64,000 nucleotides of DNA from Opitutales bacterium (GTDB taxonomy: Bacteria; Verrucomicrobiota; Verrucomicrobiia; Opitutales; UBA2987): NCBI GenBank assembly GCA_965226885.1, contig CBDDEL010000016.1:32001-96000 (forward strand). Direction: 5' to 3'. A program made the position numbers and the translations under genes. Below, piece by piece: positions 46,078 through 56,578 of this stretch. The notes beneath the pieces were generated by a model. That model was not told where the DNA came from. It was given only the letters and a program-made list of their open reading frames with translations, and did no database searches. The first letter of the stretch is position 1. Every line of letters begins with the position of its first letter.

Positions 46078-46824
46078 ATGAGTGAATGGCAGACCAAGGA
46101 ACTCACGGACGCTTTTTTGGATGGTATTCGTGGGGCTATCCCCGGGGCCGATATGCAATTAGCCGTTCTGGGCAAAGTTGCAAGGCTGTGGTGCCCCCAT
46201 TCCTCCGAAATTCTCGACGTGGGGTGCGGTGACGGCCTCCTGGGGCATTTTCTCCTCGATATTTTTCCCAAAGCTCATGCCACCTTTGTCGATTTCTCTG
46301 ATCCCATGCTCGACGCAGCTCGCACGCGTCTAACGGAGACATCACGGGCAACGGTGGTCAAAGCGGATTTCTCAAATCCGCAGTGGCGTAGCATCCTTCC
46401 CGCAGAGAATACATTCGATATTGTTGTTTCAGGTTTTGCGATCCATCATCAGCATGATGACAGGAAAAAGGCGCTTTACTCCGAAATCTACGACCTCCTT
46501 ACCCCTGGCGGCATTTTTCTGAACCTGGAACATGTCGCCTCCATTACACACGCAGGAGAGCAGCTCTCCGACGAGTTTTTTATTGACCACCTCTACGACT
46601 TTCACACTTCATTGAACCCCGGAAAGACGAAGGAGGAAATCGCTGACATTTATTATAACCGACCGGATAAGAAGGAGAACATACTCGCCCCGATCGAGGA
46701 TCAATGCTCTTGGCTTCGCGAAATCGGATTCCAAGACGTTGATTGCTTCTTCAAGATCTTTGAACTGGCCTTGTTTGCAGGACGAAAAGCATCCAACAAG
46801 CCGAATGCAGGCGACGGCAAATAG
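46078..46824 (+). CDS. Class I SAM-dependent methyltransferase (gene cassette)
   Basis: ILDVGCGDG, VDFS..ML, FDIVVSGFAIHH, L.PGG.F. Confidence 0.92.
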   Translation: MSEWQTKELTDAFLDGIRGAIPGADMQLAVLGKVARLWCPHSSEILDVGCGDGLLGHFLLDIFPKAHATFVDFSDPMLDAARTRLTETSRATVVKADFSNPQWRSILPAENTFDIVVSGFAIHHQHDDRKKALYSEIYDLLTPGGIFLNLEHVASITHAGEQLSDEFFIDHLYDFHTSLNPGKTKEEIADIYYNRPDKKENILAPIEDQCSWLREIGFQDVDCFFKIFELALFAGRKASNKPNAGDGK

Positions 46825-46849
46825 CCACGCCTAATCCGTAACGTTAGAC
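46791..46849 (+). other. Integron attC site (59 bp)
   Basis: R'' ATCCAAC ... R' GTTAGAC; imperfect hairpin with two extra bases; the cassette 5' core GTTGGAT (46048) is the exact complement of R''. Confidence 0.85.
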
Positions 46850-46890
46850 GTCATTAATACAATGCTCCCCAACGCTCTTACTCCAACGCG

Positions 46891-49407
46891 TGTAAACGCC
46901 GGGGAAAAACCGGTACGGTAAAGAGGGCGCTTTAAAACCGGTACGCTTATCCTAGAAAGGAGGAGTGTATCGAGATATGAAGCAATGGACAAGAGTGCGG
47001 CACAAAGTGCTGCGGGACAAGCAGAGCAAGCGCTCTGTAATGCGAGAAGAGGGACTGCACTGGGAGACCCTGGGAAAGATGCTGGCCTATTCCCAGCCGC
47101 CGGGATACCGGCGCAAGAAGAGGCGAGAGCGCAAGATCGATCCGTATGTGGGCTGGATCGAGGAGGTGCTCAAAGCGGACCGGAACGTGCCCAAGAAGCA
47201 GCGCCATACGGCCAAACGGATCTACCAGCGTTTGGGTCGGGAGAAGGGCTACCAAGGGGGCTACACGGCGGTCAAGGAGGTGGTGGCCGAGCTGCGAGCG
47301 AGGCGGCGGGAAGTGTTCGTGCCGCTGGAGCACCGCCCCGGGGAGGGACAGGTGGACTTCGGTCATGCCCTGGTGAAGGAGGCGGGGCAATTGCGTAGGC
47401 GGCCATTTTTTGCCATGAGCCTGCCCTACAGCGATGCCTTTTTCGTGCAGGTGTTCGAACGGGAGTGCACGGAGAGCTTCTGGGAGGGGCACCTGCGAGC
47501 TTTTGAGTTTTTCGGGGCGGTGCCCCGGCGCATCAGCTATGACAACTCGAAGGTGGCGGTGGGTAAGATTATCGGTTCGCGTGAACGCAAGCTGACCGAC
47601 GGGTTTCTGCAGCTACAGAGCCATTACCTGTTCGAGGAACACTTCTGTCTGCCCGCCCGGCCCAACGAGAAGGGCGTGGTCGAGGGGATCGTGCGTTATG
47701 CCCGGGCCAACTTCCTGGTACCGGTACCGCAGGTTCGGGACCTGGAGGAACTCAACGCAAAGCTGTTGGAGGCATGTGAGCGGGACATGGAGCGTAAATT
47801 ACGCGGGAAAAGGGCGGTGAAAAAGGAACTGCTGGCCGAGGAGCGCGCCGTCATGCTGGCGTTGCCGCCCATACCCTTTGAAGCGAGCCGCAAACGCTCG
47901 ACCTGCGTCAGCAGCCTCTCGCTGGTGCGCTTCGAGTGCAACGACTATTCGGTGCCGGTGCGCTGCGCCCACCATCCGGTGGTGGTGGAAGGGTCCTGTC
48001 GGCAGGTGGTGATCTTCTGTGGGGGCCAAGAGGTGGCCCGGCACCGCCGCATTTGGGATAAAGAGCAAGTCTCTTTCGAGCCGGTGCACTACCTGGCTTT
48101 GCTGGAGAAAAAACCGGGCGCTTTGGACTTCGCCCGCCCACTCTCGGGCTGGCAGTTGCCGCAGTGCCTGCAGGTCCTCAGACGCCGGCTCGAAAGCCAA
48201 TGCGGGGGCGAAGGCACCCGGGAGTATATCCGGGTGCTGCGGCTGTTGGAGAAACACCCCATGGCGGCCTTGCAGCAGGCCGTCGTCTCGGCCCTGCGGG
48301 TGGGGGGACTGACTCGTGAGGCCATCGCCCAGTATCTCTATCCTCAGGAAGACTACGGGAGCAGAACCTTCCGGCTGGACGGCCATCCACACCTGCGTCA
48401 CGTCCGTGTGGCCGCCCCTGACCTCGGTGCCTACAGCGAACTGCTCAAGATTCCAGGAGGGGCTTTATGAAGGAAGAAAAAAACCAGCTGCTGTTACACC
48501 ATCACCTCAAGAAACTGAAGTTGCCCACCATCCTGCGCGAATGGCCGGCGGTGGCCGCGGCTTGTTCCCGGGACCGGCTCGATTACGCCGCCTTTTTGTT
48601 GCATCTGGTCGAACGGGAGCTCATTGAACGCGAACAGCGGGCCGCCCAGCGGCGGATCAAAAACGCCCGTTTCCCCGTGCTCAAGACCCTCGAGAGCTTC
48701 GCCTTTGAAGCGCAGCCCTCGATCAACGAAGCGCTCATCCGAGAGCTCATGCGCGGGGAGTATGTCGACCAGCGCGAAAACGTGCTGCTCCTCGGTAACG
48801 CCGGTACCGGTAAAACGCACCTGGCCACCGCCCTGGGCTTTGCCGCCTGTGCCCAGGGCCGGCGGATCCGTTTCTTCGGGGTCACCGCCCTGGTTACCCA
48901 TATGCTCGAGCAACGCGACAACCACGACCTGCAGCGCTTCATGAAGCAACTCGAAAGGCTCGACCTACTCATCCTCGACGAACTCGGTTACGTCCCTTTT
49001 TCCAAGACCGGTTCCGAACTGCTCTTCGACGTGGTCAGCCGCGCTTACGAGCGCACCAGTCTCATCGTCACCACCAACCTGCCCTTTGAGAACTGGATCG
49101 AAGTGCTCGGTTCCGAACGGCTCACCGGAGCTCTGCTGGACCGACTCACCCATCGGGTGCATATCCTCGAAGCCAACGGGCAAAGCTACCGCTTGCGCGA
49201 TGCTCGACGCCGTCGCCGTGGCCCAAAACAATAAACGCCTTGGGCCCGGCTCGTCGGCCTCCGGCCTCCTCACCGACCCCAAGCCAATCCCCAAAACCAA
49301 CTCCCAAACCCTAAACCTTGACGTACCTGCAATTACTAACCTAAACCTTATTCCAAGCGTACCGGTTTTACCCCGACCCCCGTACCGGTTTCATCCCGGC
49401 GTTTACA
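46891..49407 (+). mobile_element. IS21-family element copy 2, intact (istA 46965-48470, istB 48467-49234)
   Basis: Same IRs as copy 1; flanks do not match. Confidence 0.96.
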
Positions 49408-49726
49408 TTTACCTGTATTCCTTTCCTTGATGGGGTCTATTGTTGGCACAGCAACCGAATATGAGCTTCAAAAGGAGCTGATTCGGAAGGATTCATCTCG
49501 AAAAAGTAAAAAAAGCGTCCTGGATAGCTGTCGTGATATCGATTTTTTTGCCCAATTTGAAAAGCTTCTTGACCCAACGTCTGATGAAATCAAAGCGATG
49601 AAAAAGATGGAAACAGATTCGTCTGAATTCACACCCGATGAGATCAAAAAAAGGAAAGCTGGGTACGAAGTCTTCAAAAAGGAAATAAAAAAAGAGCTAG
49701 AAAACCCGGACAAAGTGACTGATTAA
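49408..49726 (+). pseudogene. 3' fragment of a hypothetical gene cut by IS21
   Basis: Frame open from the IS end to the stop at 49726. Confidence 0.45.
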
Positions 49727-50865
49727 GGTTTCATTTCGACAACCTTCTCTCCCGTCTCCGGAAAAATATTCCAATAATCCTCAGCTTCATCGGGTGTGAC
49801 CAATTCGCGGTAGTTTTTGAAGATCAAATGTGTATTTGCGTGGCCTAATTCCAGAGCCAAGCGAGGAGCGTCTGGAAATTTCGCCAAAAAATAACTGGCA
49901 AAGGAGTGCCTGAGACCGTTTTTCTTCCACTCCACACCTGACCGGGCAATTTCCTCTGTTAGCCACTTTCGAAAGTTCGGGGGGCATATTTTTCCCTTTT
50001 GAGAGGCAAAGGGTGTAAGCCAAGCGTGAAGATTGGGTTGGATTTCAACCAGGCGTCGCTGTGCAGTCTTTGCTTTTTTAGCAGGGATTTCTATAAAGCT
50101 CCTATCTAGCCTCACATTCTCCCAGGTAAGACGATTTATCTCAGCGCTCCGAAGACCCGCGAATGCCCCAATAGCTAGATAGGGAAGCACTTTTGTATCG
50201 CAGTGAATGAGTAAAGATTGAATTTCCTTTGGACTGAATATTTCTGTGGCTCCGGCAATCTCCTTGGCCTGATCAATCTGCCGGATTGGATTTGATGAAG
50301 CATATCCACCTTTGATAGCATATTCAAAAAATACACCTAGAATCCGGCGATAATTATTGCGGGTGACGGGAGCAACTGAAAGGCTTCGAAGCCATTCGCC
50401 GACTTGGAGGGCGGTTATCTCGGAGATGATTTTCTCCCCAAAATCTTCTGTGAACCGCCCTATGCGACTGCTCAGGTCAAGCAGGTACCGCTTTGATGCT
50501 CCATCCGACCTCTTTACCTCAATAAACTTCTCAAGCAATTCTTGAACGGTACAGCTCTTCTGAGTGATTTCCAAATGCTCCAGGTAGAAATCGACCGCAT
50601 TTGAAAGGGTTTTTCCATAAGGAGAAAGTCGCTTGAGACATTTGGCAGCATCAAGCTTTGCTTCATCGGGCAACTCGAAAGCCTTTTGACCCAGATTGTG
50701 GGCCTCAATACGCTTTTGGGTCAAAAAAGTCTCCGCCGTCCCTTTTGTTCTAAAGAATTTTCTCTTGGGTTTGCCACCCTCCCCTTTTAATCCTGTGACC
50801 ACCCATTTCAGGTGGGGCTTCTTCGTGTCATTGTATTCGAGTAGTGAAAATTTATGCAGTTTCAT
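49723..50865 (-). CDS. Tyrosine recombinase / phage-type integrase
   Basis: AGLRSAE, KAK, NGLRHS, LGH, NYRE catalytic pattern; N-terminal arm-binding-like region. Confidence 0.93.
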   Translation of the reverse strand: MKLHKFSLLEYNDTKKPHLKWVVTGLKGEGGKPKRKFFRTKGTAETFLTQKRIEAHNLGQKAFELPDEAKLDAAKCLKRLSPYGKTLSNAVDFYLEHLEITQKSCTVQELLEKFIEVKRSDGASKRYLLDLSSRIGRFTEDFGEKIISEITALQVGEWLRSLSVAPVTRNNYRRILGVFFEYAIKGGYASSNPIRQIDQAKEIAGATEIFSPKEIQSLLIHCDTKVLPYLAIGAFAGLRSAEINRLTWENVRLDRSFIEIPAKKAKTAQRRLVEIQPNLHAWLTPFASQKGKICPPNFRKWLTEEIARSGVEWKKNGLRHSFASYFLAKFPDAPRLALELGHANTHLIFKNYRELVTPDEAEDYWNIFPETGEKVVEMKP

Positions 50866-51060
50866 CCCTTAGAGGCTAAATAGAGACCCCAAAAGATAGC
50901 AACATAATAGCAACAAAAAATCATTTTTATTGATAATCAACAAGTTATGACATATTTTATCGAACTTAAAATCCGCTGTCCGAAAGGACGTGAGGGTTCG
51001 ACTCCCTCCCCGGGCACCACATTGATGATCAATGAGTTAAGAAACTTTTTAAGGTCAAAT

Positions 51061-52390
51061 TGATGTGCACTGGAAAAAGTGGACACGAGATTCTCCTAAA
51101 TGGAGAATCGAAGCATGGGAAGAAGACGCTTTAGTATAGAGTTCAAAAATGAGGCAGTTCAACTGATGATACTCGATGGTCTGAGCGCCACCGAGGTATC
51201 GACCAAACTTGGGGTCAACACCAACCAATTGTATAGGTGGAAGAGGCTCTATCTGGACGATCAGCAGGGCGAAGCCACCTCAAAGCGACAGAGCAGTCCG
51301 AAGGAGATGGCGGCCGAGATAGATCGTCTTCGCAAAGAGCTGCGCCGCTCGGAGCGGATCAACCAGATACTAAAAAAAACGGTGGGCTACTTTGCCAAGG
51401 ACGAACAATGAAGTACCAGTTTGTCAAAGACAACGAGGGGCGCTTCAAGATCGAGGAAATATGCTCGGCGATGGGGATTTGTCGCAGTGGCTATTACTGC
51501 TGGAGGCACCGAGCGCCCTCGGCCCGGCGGATCGAGGACGAGGGAATCAAGGGGGCGATCCTGAAGGTACACAAAGAGGCCAAGGGCCGCTATGGGCATC
51601 GGCCAATGCACCGCCATCTGAAGGATGATGAGGGCATCGATTGCGGCCGTGACCGGGCTCTGCGTCTGATGCGTGAAATGGGAATCAAAAGCACCCAGAG
51701 TAAACGCTTTAAGCCATTAAAAACCAACAGTAACCATCCCTATGGTTACAGCCCCAATGTGCTTAAAAAGCATGGCCAGCCGACCCATATCGACGAGGTC
51801 TGGGTGGCGGACACGACCTACCTACGGACCCTGGCCGGTTGGATGTACTTGGCCACGGTGATGGACCTGTTCAGCCGACGCCTGCTGGGCTGGAGCGTTT
51901 CCAACCACAACGACGCGAAGCTGGTTGGCAAGGCCCTCAAAGCCGCGGCCATGACCCGCGGCACACTGCGCACCGGGGGATTATTCATCACAGCGATCGG
52001 GGCAGCCCCTACGCCAGCGACGACTATCAGAGGCTGGTCTCTGAACTAGGCATGAAGCCGAGCATGAGCGCCCAAGGCAACTGCTACGACAACGCGGCCA
52101 TGGAATCGTTCTACGGCCGCTTCAAGACCAGCACGATTCGAGGCCGCCACTTTGCCGACGAGCGCGAACTGCGATCAACTGTCTTCGAATACGTGGAAAT
52201 CTTCTACAACCGATATCGCAAACATTCCTCTCTGAGTTACCAAAGCCCAGTCCAATTCGAGGAAAATATTTGCCCCCCATGGGGGGCAACGAGAAAACAA
52301 AACCCTTTACCAAAACAAGCCGCCTGACACACTAATCAATAAACAATGAATATAAGAGAATCCCGTGTCCAACAAATCCAGTACACGTCA
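51061..52390 (+). mobile_element. IS3-family type a copy, orfB frameshifted at the G-run near 51975
   Basis: 2 nt longer than 26618-27945 (G5 versus G3). Confidence 0.95.
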
Positions 52391-52463
52391 ATATTGTTAA
52401 AGATCATGACATTAATGCCGGTGGTCTCTTTACCTCATGGAACCCACTGAGTCATCTTAAATA

Positions 52464-54244
52464 GAGGCTGTCCCAAAAGGGTGATTTTTGCGAGGGCTTT
52501 TGATAGGCGCTCATTTTAGAGGTATTTGCATTTGGGAGAGTATCAACTTTGCTCTCCTATGACGTTAGGATACTGGTTTTGGGGTCCGGTTGCCTGGTTT
52601 TCTTTGTATGAGCCGACAGTAAGGCTGTGAAAAAGTATTGTCCTTGCTTTTCCGCTCTCTAGGCCGCCGCTTTGGTTTTTAGTTCGTCTTGCTGGGCCAG
52701 CATCTTGGCTACTTTCCATAGGTTGTGCGAGAGTACCGACCAGGCTACGCTGATCGAGCGGTTGGCAAAGCCTTTGCTGCGCAACCGCCTGGCCCGGCGC
52801 TTTTGCAATTGCCTGAACAGTGGTTCCTCCATCCGTTTTTTCAACTGCTTCGGATCGCGTGGACAGAGCGCGTCGTAGATTCCCTCCTGGGCTAACTGCC
52901 GGCGGGCCCGCTGGGAGGCAAATCCCCGGTCCGCGCACATGGCCGCTATGGGTTCTTCCAGGTTGAAGCGGTTCTGTCTTTGCAAACTCTCTAGCATTTG
53001 TTCATTTTCGCTTGGAGTTCGGCTGCCGTAGAGTTTCCAGTCCAGCAGGTACCCTTCAACGCTTTCTCCCAAAAACAGGGTGTTGCCGAACTCGACCTCT
53101 TGGCCCGCTTTACCTCGCACAATCACCTGCCCATCGAGTTCGTAAACACTCAAGACTTTCTCTGCGTTTTTCACCTGCCGGCCGCCAATGATCCGCTCGT
53201 GCGCCTGTTTGATGACCACCGGGATTTGCTCGCTCATGCGCTCCATCCGGGCGAGGATCTGTTGGACCTGTTTTTCGCTGTAATCGCTTTGCTCCCAGCA
53301 GGCTTGCAATAATTCCCGGTGACTGCGGGCATGCTCCCCGATCCGTTTGAGCAGCTTTTTCATCTGCCTCAAGATACCCTTGCGCTGCCGCGCGCTGTCC
53401 TTTCGCCGCCGGCTGTGGGTCATCTGTATGCACAGCCGATTCATCTGCCGAGCCAAGGGCTCCGGTTCGATCGGCATGCGATGGCGCAAACCGGCCTTCT
53501 CGCGGATCAGCCGGATCGCTTTGAGCAACGTGCCGGCTACATCCTTGAGTAATACCCAGTCCGTCGGCCAATGAATGTTAGCCTCCAAACAGGTGCCGTC
53601 GATCAGGCAAATGGTGGTGTCAATCGGCTTGTCCAATCCCACCTGCCGGGCCAGAAGGGCATCGCCCACCACCTCAGTCAAGGTCCGGTGCAAGGCCCTC
53701 AACTGCTCTTCGCTGAAAAACTTCGAGGCCCGCTCCAGGGTGCTTTTGGAGATGCCCCTGATGCCATCGATCTGCCGGACACGGCAAAAGTCGGCCAACA
53801 GATCGCTGCTGCCCAGAGCCCGCGACAAATGCCGAAACGAAATCCCTCCGAGCAGACGGCCCAGCGTATCCATGCGCAGTGCCTTGATGGCAAAACTGGC
53901 CCGCTGCCGCCGGGCCTTTAGACCCATTGGCGGCCACCCCTCCAAGGCCAGCTCAATGGCCTGCGATTCCACCTCCGAGTCGATCAGCAGCCGATCGATT
54001 CGATCAATGGTGGCGCGGAAGTTATCGTAATCGAGGCACCGGTCGACCACAGTTAAAGCTGGACGCAGGAGGCATTGGATGGCTATATTTTTCATAGAAA
54101 GGGCTATATTGATTTTCGCTAACTCAATTATAGAACCCATAGAACCCTTTTTTGGCCGGATCGAGCAAAAACTTGCTCTTTCCGGCTCTTTTTATCAACG
54201 TCATCCAGTTGACTATAAAATCTTTATATTTTTGGGACAGCCTC
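52464..54244 (-). mobile_element. IS5/ISNCY-like element copy 2, both ends present, 6-bp TSD TAAATA
   Basis: IRs GAGGCTGTCCCAAAA; 45-bp in-frame deletion removes STEGRIG; 9-bp duplication at 54130-54147. Confidence 0.9.
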
Positions 54245-54508
54245 TAAATATTGGTCTGATAAGGATGTGATTAATCCTCTTGCGGATATCCTAAAGAATC
54301 TTTTACCGTAGGACATTTCCACAGGGGCACAGGGGTATTGAAAAGAAGTCAGCGTTCATATTTTCAGTTGAACATAAGAATTGGAAAACTCACGAGGTTC
54401 CCAAGAGGCGATGAAGGTTCAAATTAAACATCCGTGCCTTTACGTGTAATCTGTGGTCGAATTTTTTTGGTTTTATTCCGCCGCAGCCATTGACGTCTTT
54501 ATCTTTCT

Positions 54509-56578
54509 TTAACGACGCTCGCCGCCCTTCCACCGATACTTCTCCACCAGCGCTTGAAATCTCGGATGGTCGCGTAGAGGGTCCATTCTTGGATCCAGTT
54601 TCAGCAGTTCAACCGGTGTGTAATTCGGGACTGCATAGAAAAGCTCAAGCTGTGAGATTGCTTCCTCCGGTTGTCCGACCATTGTGTATATCATTGCGAG
54701 TTCTCGGACGAAACCCGGACCTTCCATGGCATCCTTTGTTACCGGTTGGAGGCGAACTGCCATGATGCCTACCCTCACGGCGTCCTCCTTCCTGTTAAGA
54801 CCTGCGTAGGCGAATCCGAGAGCGCTATGTACGATTGCGTCATTAGGGCTTTTGATGATTTCGCTCTCGAGAATCACTCTGGCCGAATCAAACGCTTTCG
54901 TCGCCCGCTGCATATCGCCGGCAGATTGTGCGGTTATACCGATCAGGACCGATTTTGGCAGAGAAGTAGTCCATAGGGGCGAAAGCGTCTTTTTACCCAT
55001 CCTCGAAAGAAATTCATTTGCGGCTTCGTAGTCGCGATCATGAAATGCAATCCACCAGCGTTCTCGGTTTAAATCGGGATGTTTTTCAATAGCAGACCTG
55101 TAGGGGCCTAAGCGCCCCTCTCGGATAAAACAAATAGATGCTTTAAAGAATACCGCAGCGGAACTCTCGGGAGCGAGCGAAAGGGTCTTATTGACATAGG
55201 ATTCTGATTCATCGATTCGACGCAGAGTAAAGAAAAGCCAAGCCAACCCATCAGTGTGTTGGGGATCATTCGGGTTCAGGATGAAGGCTTTTTCAAGAAG
55301 CGCAATCGCTTCCTCGTGGCGGCCGGATTGCCAATACATCCACGCTTGGTGCTCCAGCAATTCGTCGCTACCCGGCAGCCCCTTTTCCGCTTTGGCAAAC
55401 TCCGTCAGCGCACGCTCGAAATCACTATAGGCGTCATAGTAGTACCAGCCCATCGCGAAATGCCCCTGGGGAAGATCGGGGTCCAGCTCGAGGGCTCGTT
55501 TCGCCCCCGGCAGGACTTTCTCCAAGCGCTCATCGGTTGTCTCATAGTTGTCCCAAATTAGGCTATGTGCCATCGATAGACGGGCATGGGCCAGGGCAAA
55601 GTCGGGATCCAGTTCAACCGCTCGTGAGAAAAAATTCTGCGCGCGCTTTAGATCTTTCTCCAGCCAGCCGGGACGTCCGAAAGACTCCAACCCGCGCAAG
55701 TAGAAATCATAAGCTTGCAGGTTTTCGGTTGGCTTTTTCGCGATTCGCGCGGCTGCCTCCGGTGAAATTTCAGCCTCCAGAGCTGCCGCGATCTCCTGAG
55801 CGATTTCGCTCTGAATCAAAATAATGTTCTCCATCGTCAGCTCACGGGCGAAATTGGCTGTCCACAAATTCTCGTCGGTGTGAACATCTGTCAACTGGGC
55901 AGATACCCGTACGCGGTTACCGAAACGGCGCACCGAGCCTTCCACGATGTGACTGACGCCGAGTTCCTCTGCGACCTCACGCAAGTTTTTGGGATTTTCA
56001 CCATAGATCAATACAGAGGTTCGAGATATGACTTTTAAATTCCCGATCTTAGCTAGATTATTCAGAATCTCCCCGTGCACTCCACTGGCGAAAAAGGCAT
56101 TCTCCTGGTCAGGGCTCAAATTGGCAAAGGGCAGCACCGCCACGCCGAGGGCCAGCGCAGTCTCAGCTGGCGTAACGGCTTCGGCCACCACAGCGCCAAC
56201 GACCTCTTCAGCAGGTGCAGCCTCCGGGGCCGGATCCAGAACGAATCTATCAATCGCAAACAGCCCGATCGCGCCTACCAGCAGCACAATGACCGCAATA
56301 TCGAGTTTCCTCGCCGTATGTGTGGTCACGGAGTCCTCGCTCTGGACATCGGATTCCTTCTTCAGACCTTCAGGGGTCAACTCGTAAACCCAGGAGAACA
56401 CCATCACCGGGATAAAGCCAATGACGAGGATCGCAACGACCGTTTTGCTCCAGAGCGTTGGCAACTCCAACGTGTCCACCAGCACGGCTGCAACCTGGAG
56501 CAGCAACCACGACAACACAAAGTAAGCCACCGCCACCCGAAGGACGTTCCGACGCTTAAGTTCACCCAAGAAACTCAT
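54509..56578 (-). CDS. Membrane-anchored TolB-like/TPR protein, paralogue 3
   Basis: MSFLGELKRRNV, WVYELTPEG, VAVLPF.N, VEGSVRR, TPRs, DPLR.HPRF. Confidence 0.88.
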   Translation of the reverse strand: MSFLGELKRRNVLRVAVAYFVLSWLLLQVAAVLVDTLELPTLWSKTVVAILVIGFIPVMVFSWVYELTPEGLKKESDVQSEDSVTTHTARKLDIAVIVLLVGAIGLFAIDRFVLDPAPEAAPAEEVVGAVVAEAVTPAETALALGVAVLPFANLSPDQENAFFASGVHGEILNNLAKIGNLKVISRTSVLIYGENPKNLREVAEELGVSHIVEGSVRRFGNRVRVSAQLTDVHTDENLWTANFARELTMENIILIQSEIAQEIAAALEAEISPEAAARIAKKPTENLQAYDFYLRGLESFGRPGWLEKDLKRAQNFFSRAVELDPDFALAHARLSMAHSLIWDNYETTDERLEKVLPGAKRALELDPDLPQGHFAMGWYYYDAYSDFERALTEFAKAEKGLPGSDELLEHQAWMYWQSGRHEEAIALLEKAFILNPNDPQHTDGLAWLFFTLRRIDESESYVNKTLSLAPESSAAVFFKASICFIREGRLGPYRSAIEKHPDLNRERWWIAFHDRDYEAANEFLSRMGKKTLSPLWTTSLPKSVLIGITAQSAGDMQRATKAFDSARVILESEIIKSPNDAIVHSALGFAYAGLNRKEDAVRVGIMAVRLQPVTKDAMEGPGFVRELAMIYTMVGQPEEAISQLELFYAVPNYTPVELLKLDPRMDPLRDHPRFQALVEKYRWKGGERR

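Larger units (their letters stand above)
45112..51023. mobile_element. tRNA-Leu-integrated genomic island
   Basis: 60-bp direct repeats at 45112-45171 and 50964-51023; integrase next to the right repeat. Confidence 0.92.

Noticed and set aside
13005..49407. Inversion between the two opposed IS21 copies
   Set aside because: Their flanks do not cross-match as swapped target duplications.
49723..50865. Integron integrase IntI
   Set aside because: It adjoins a tRNA att repeat, has an arm-binding-like N-terminus, and shows no recognisable IntI-specific insertion.
50964..51023. Second tRNA-Leu gene
   Set aside because: It lacks the 5' acceptor strand and D arm; it is the att repeat.
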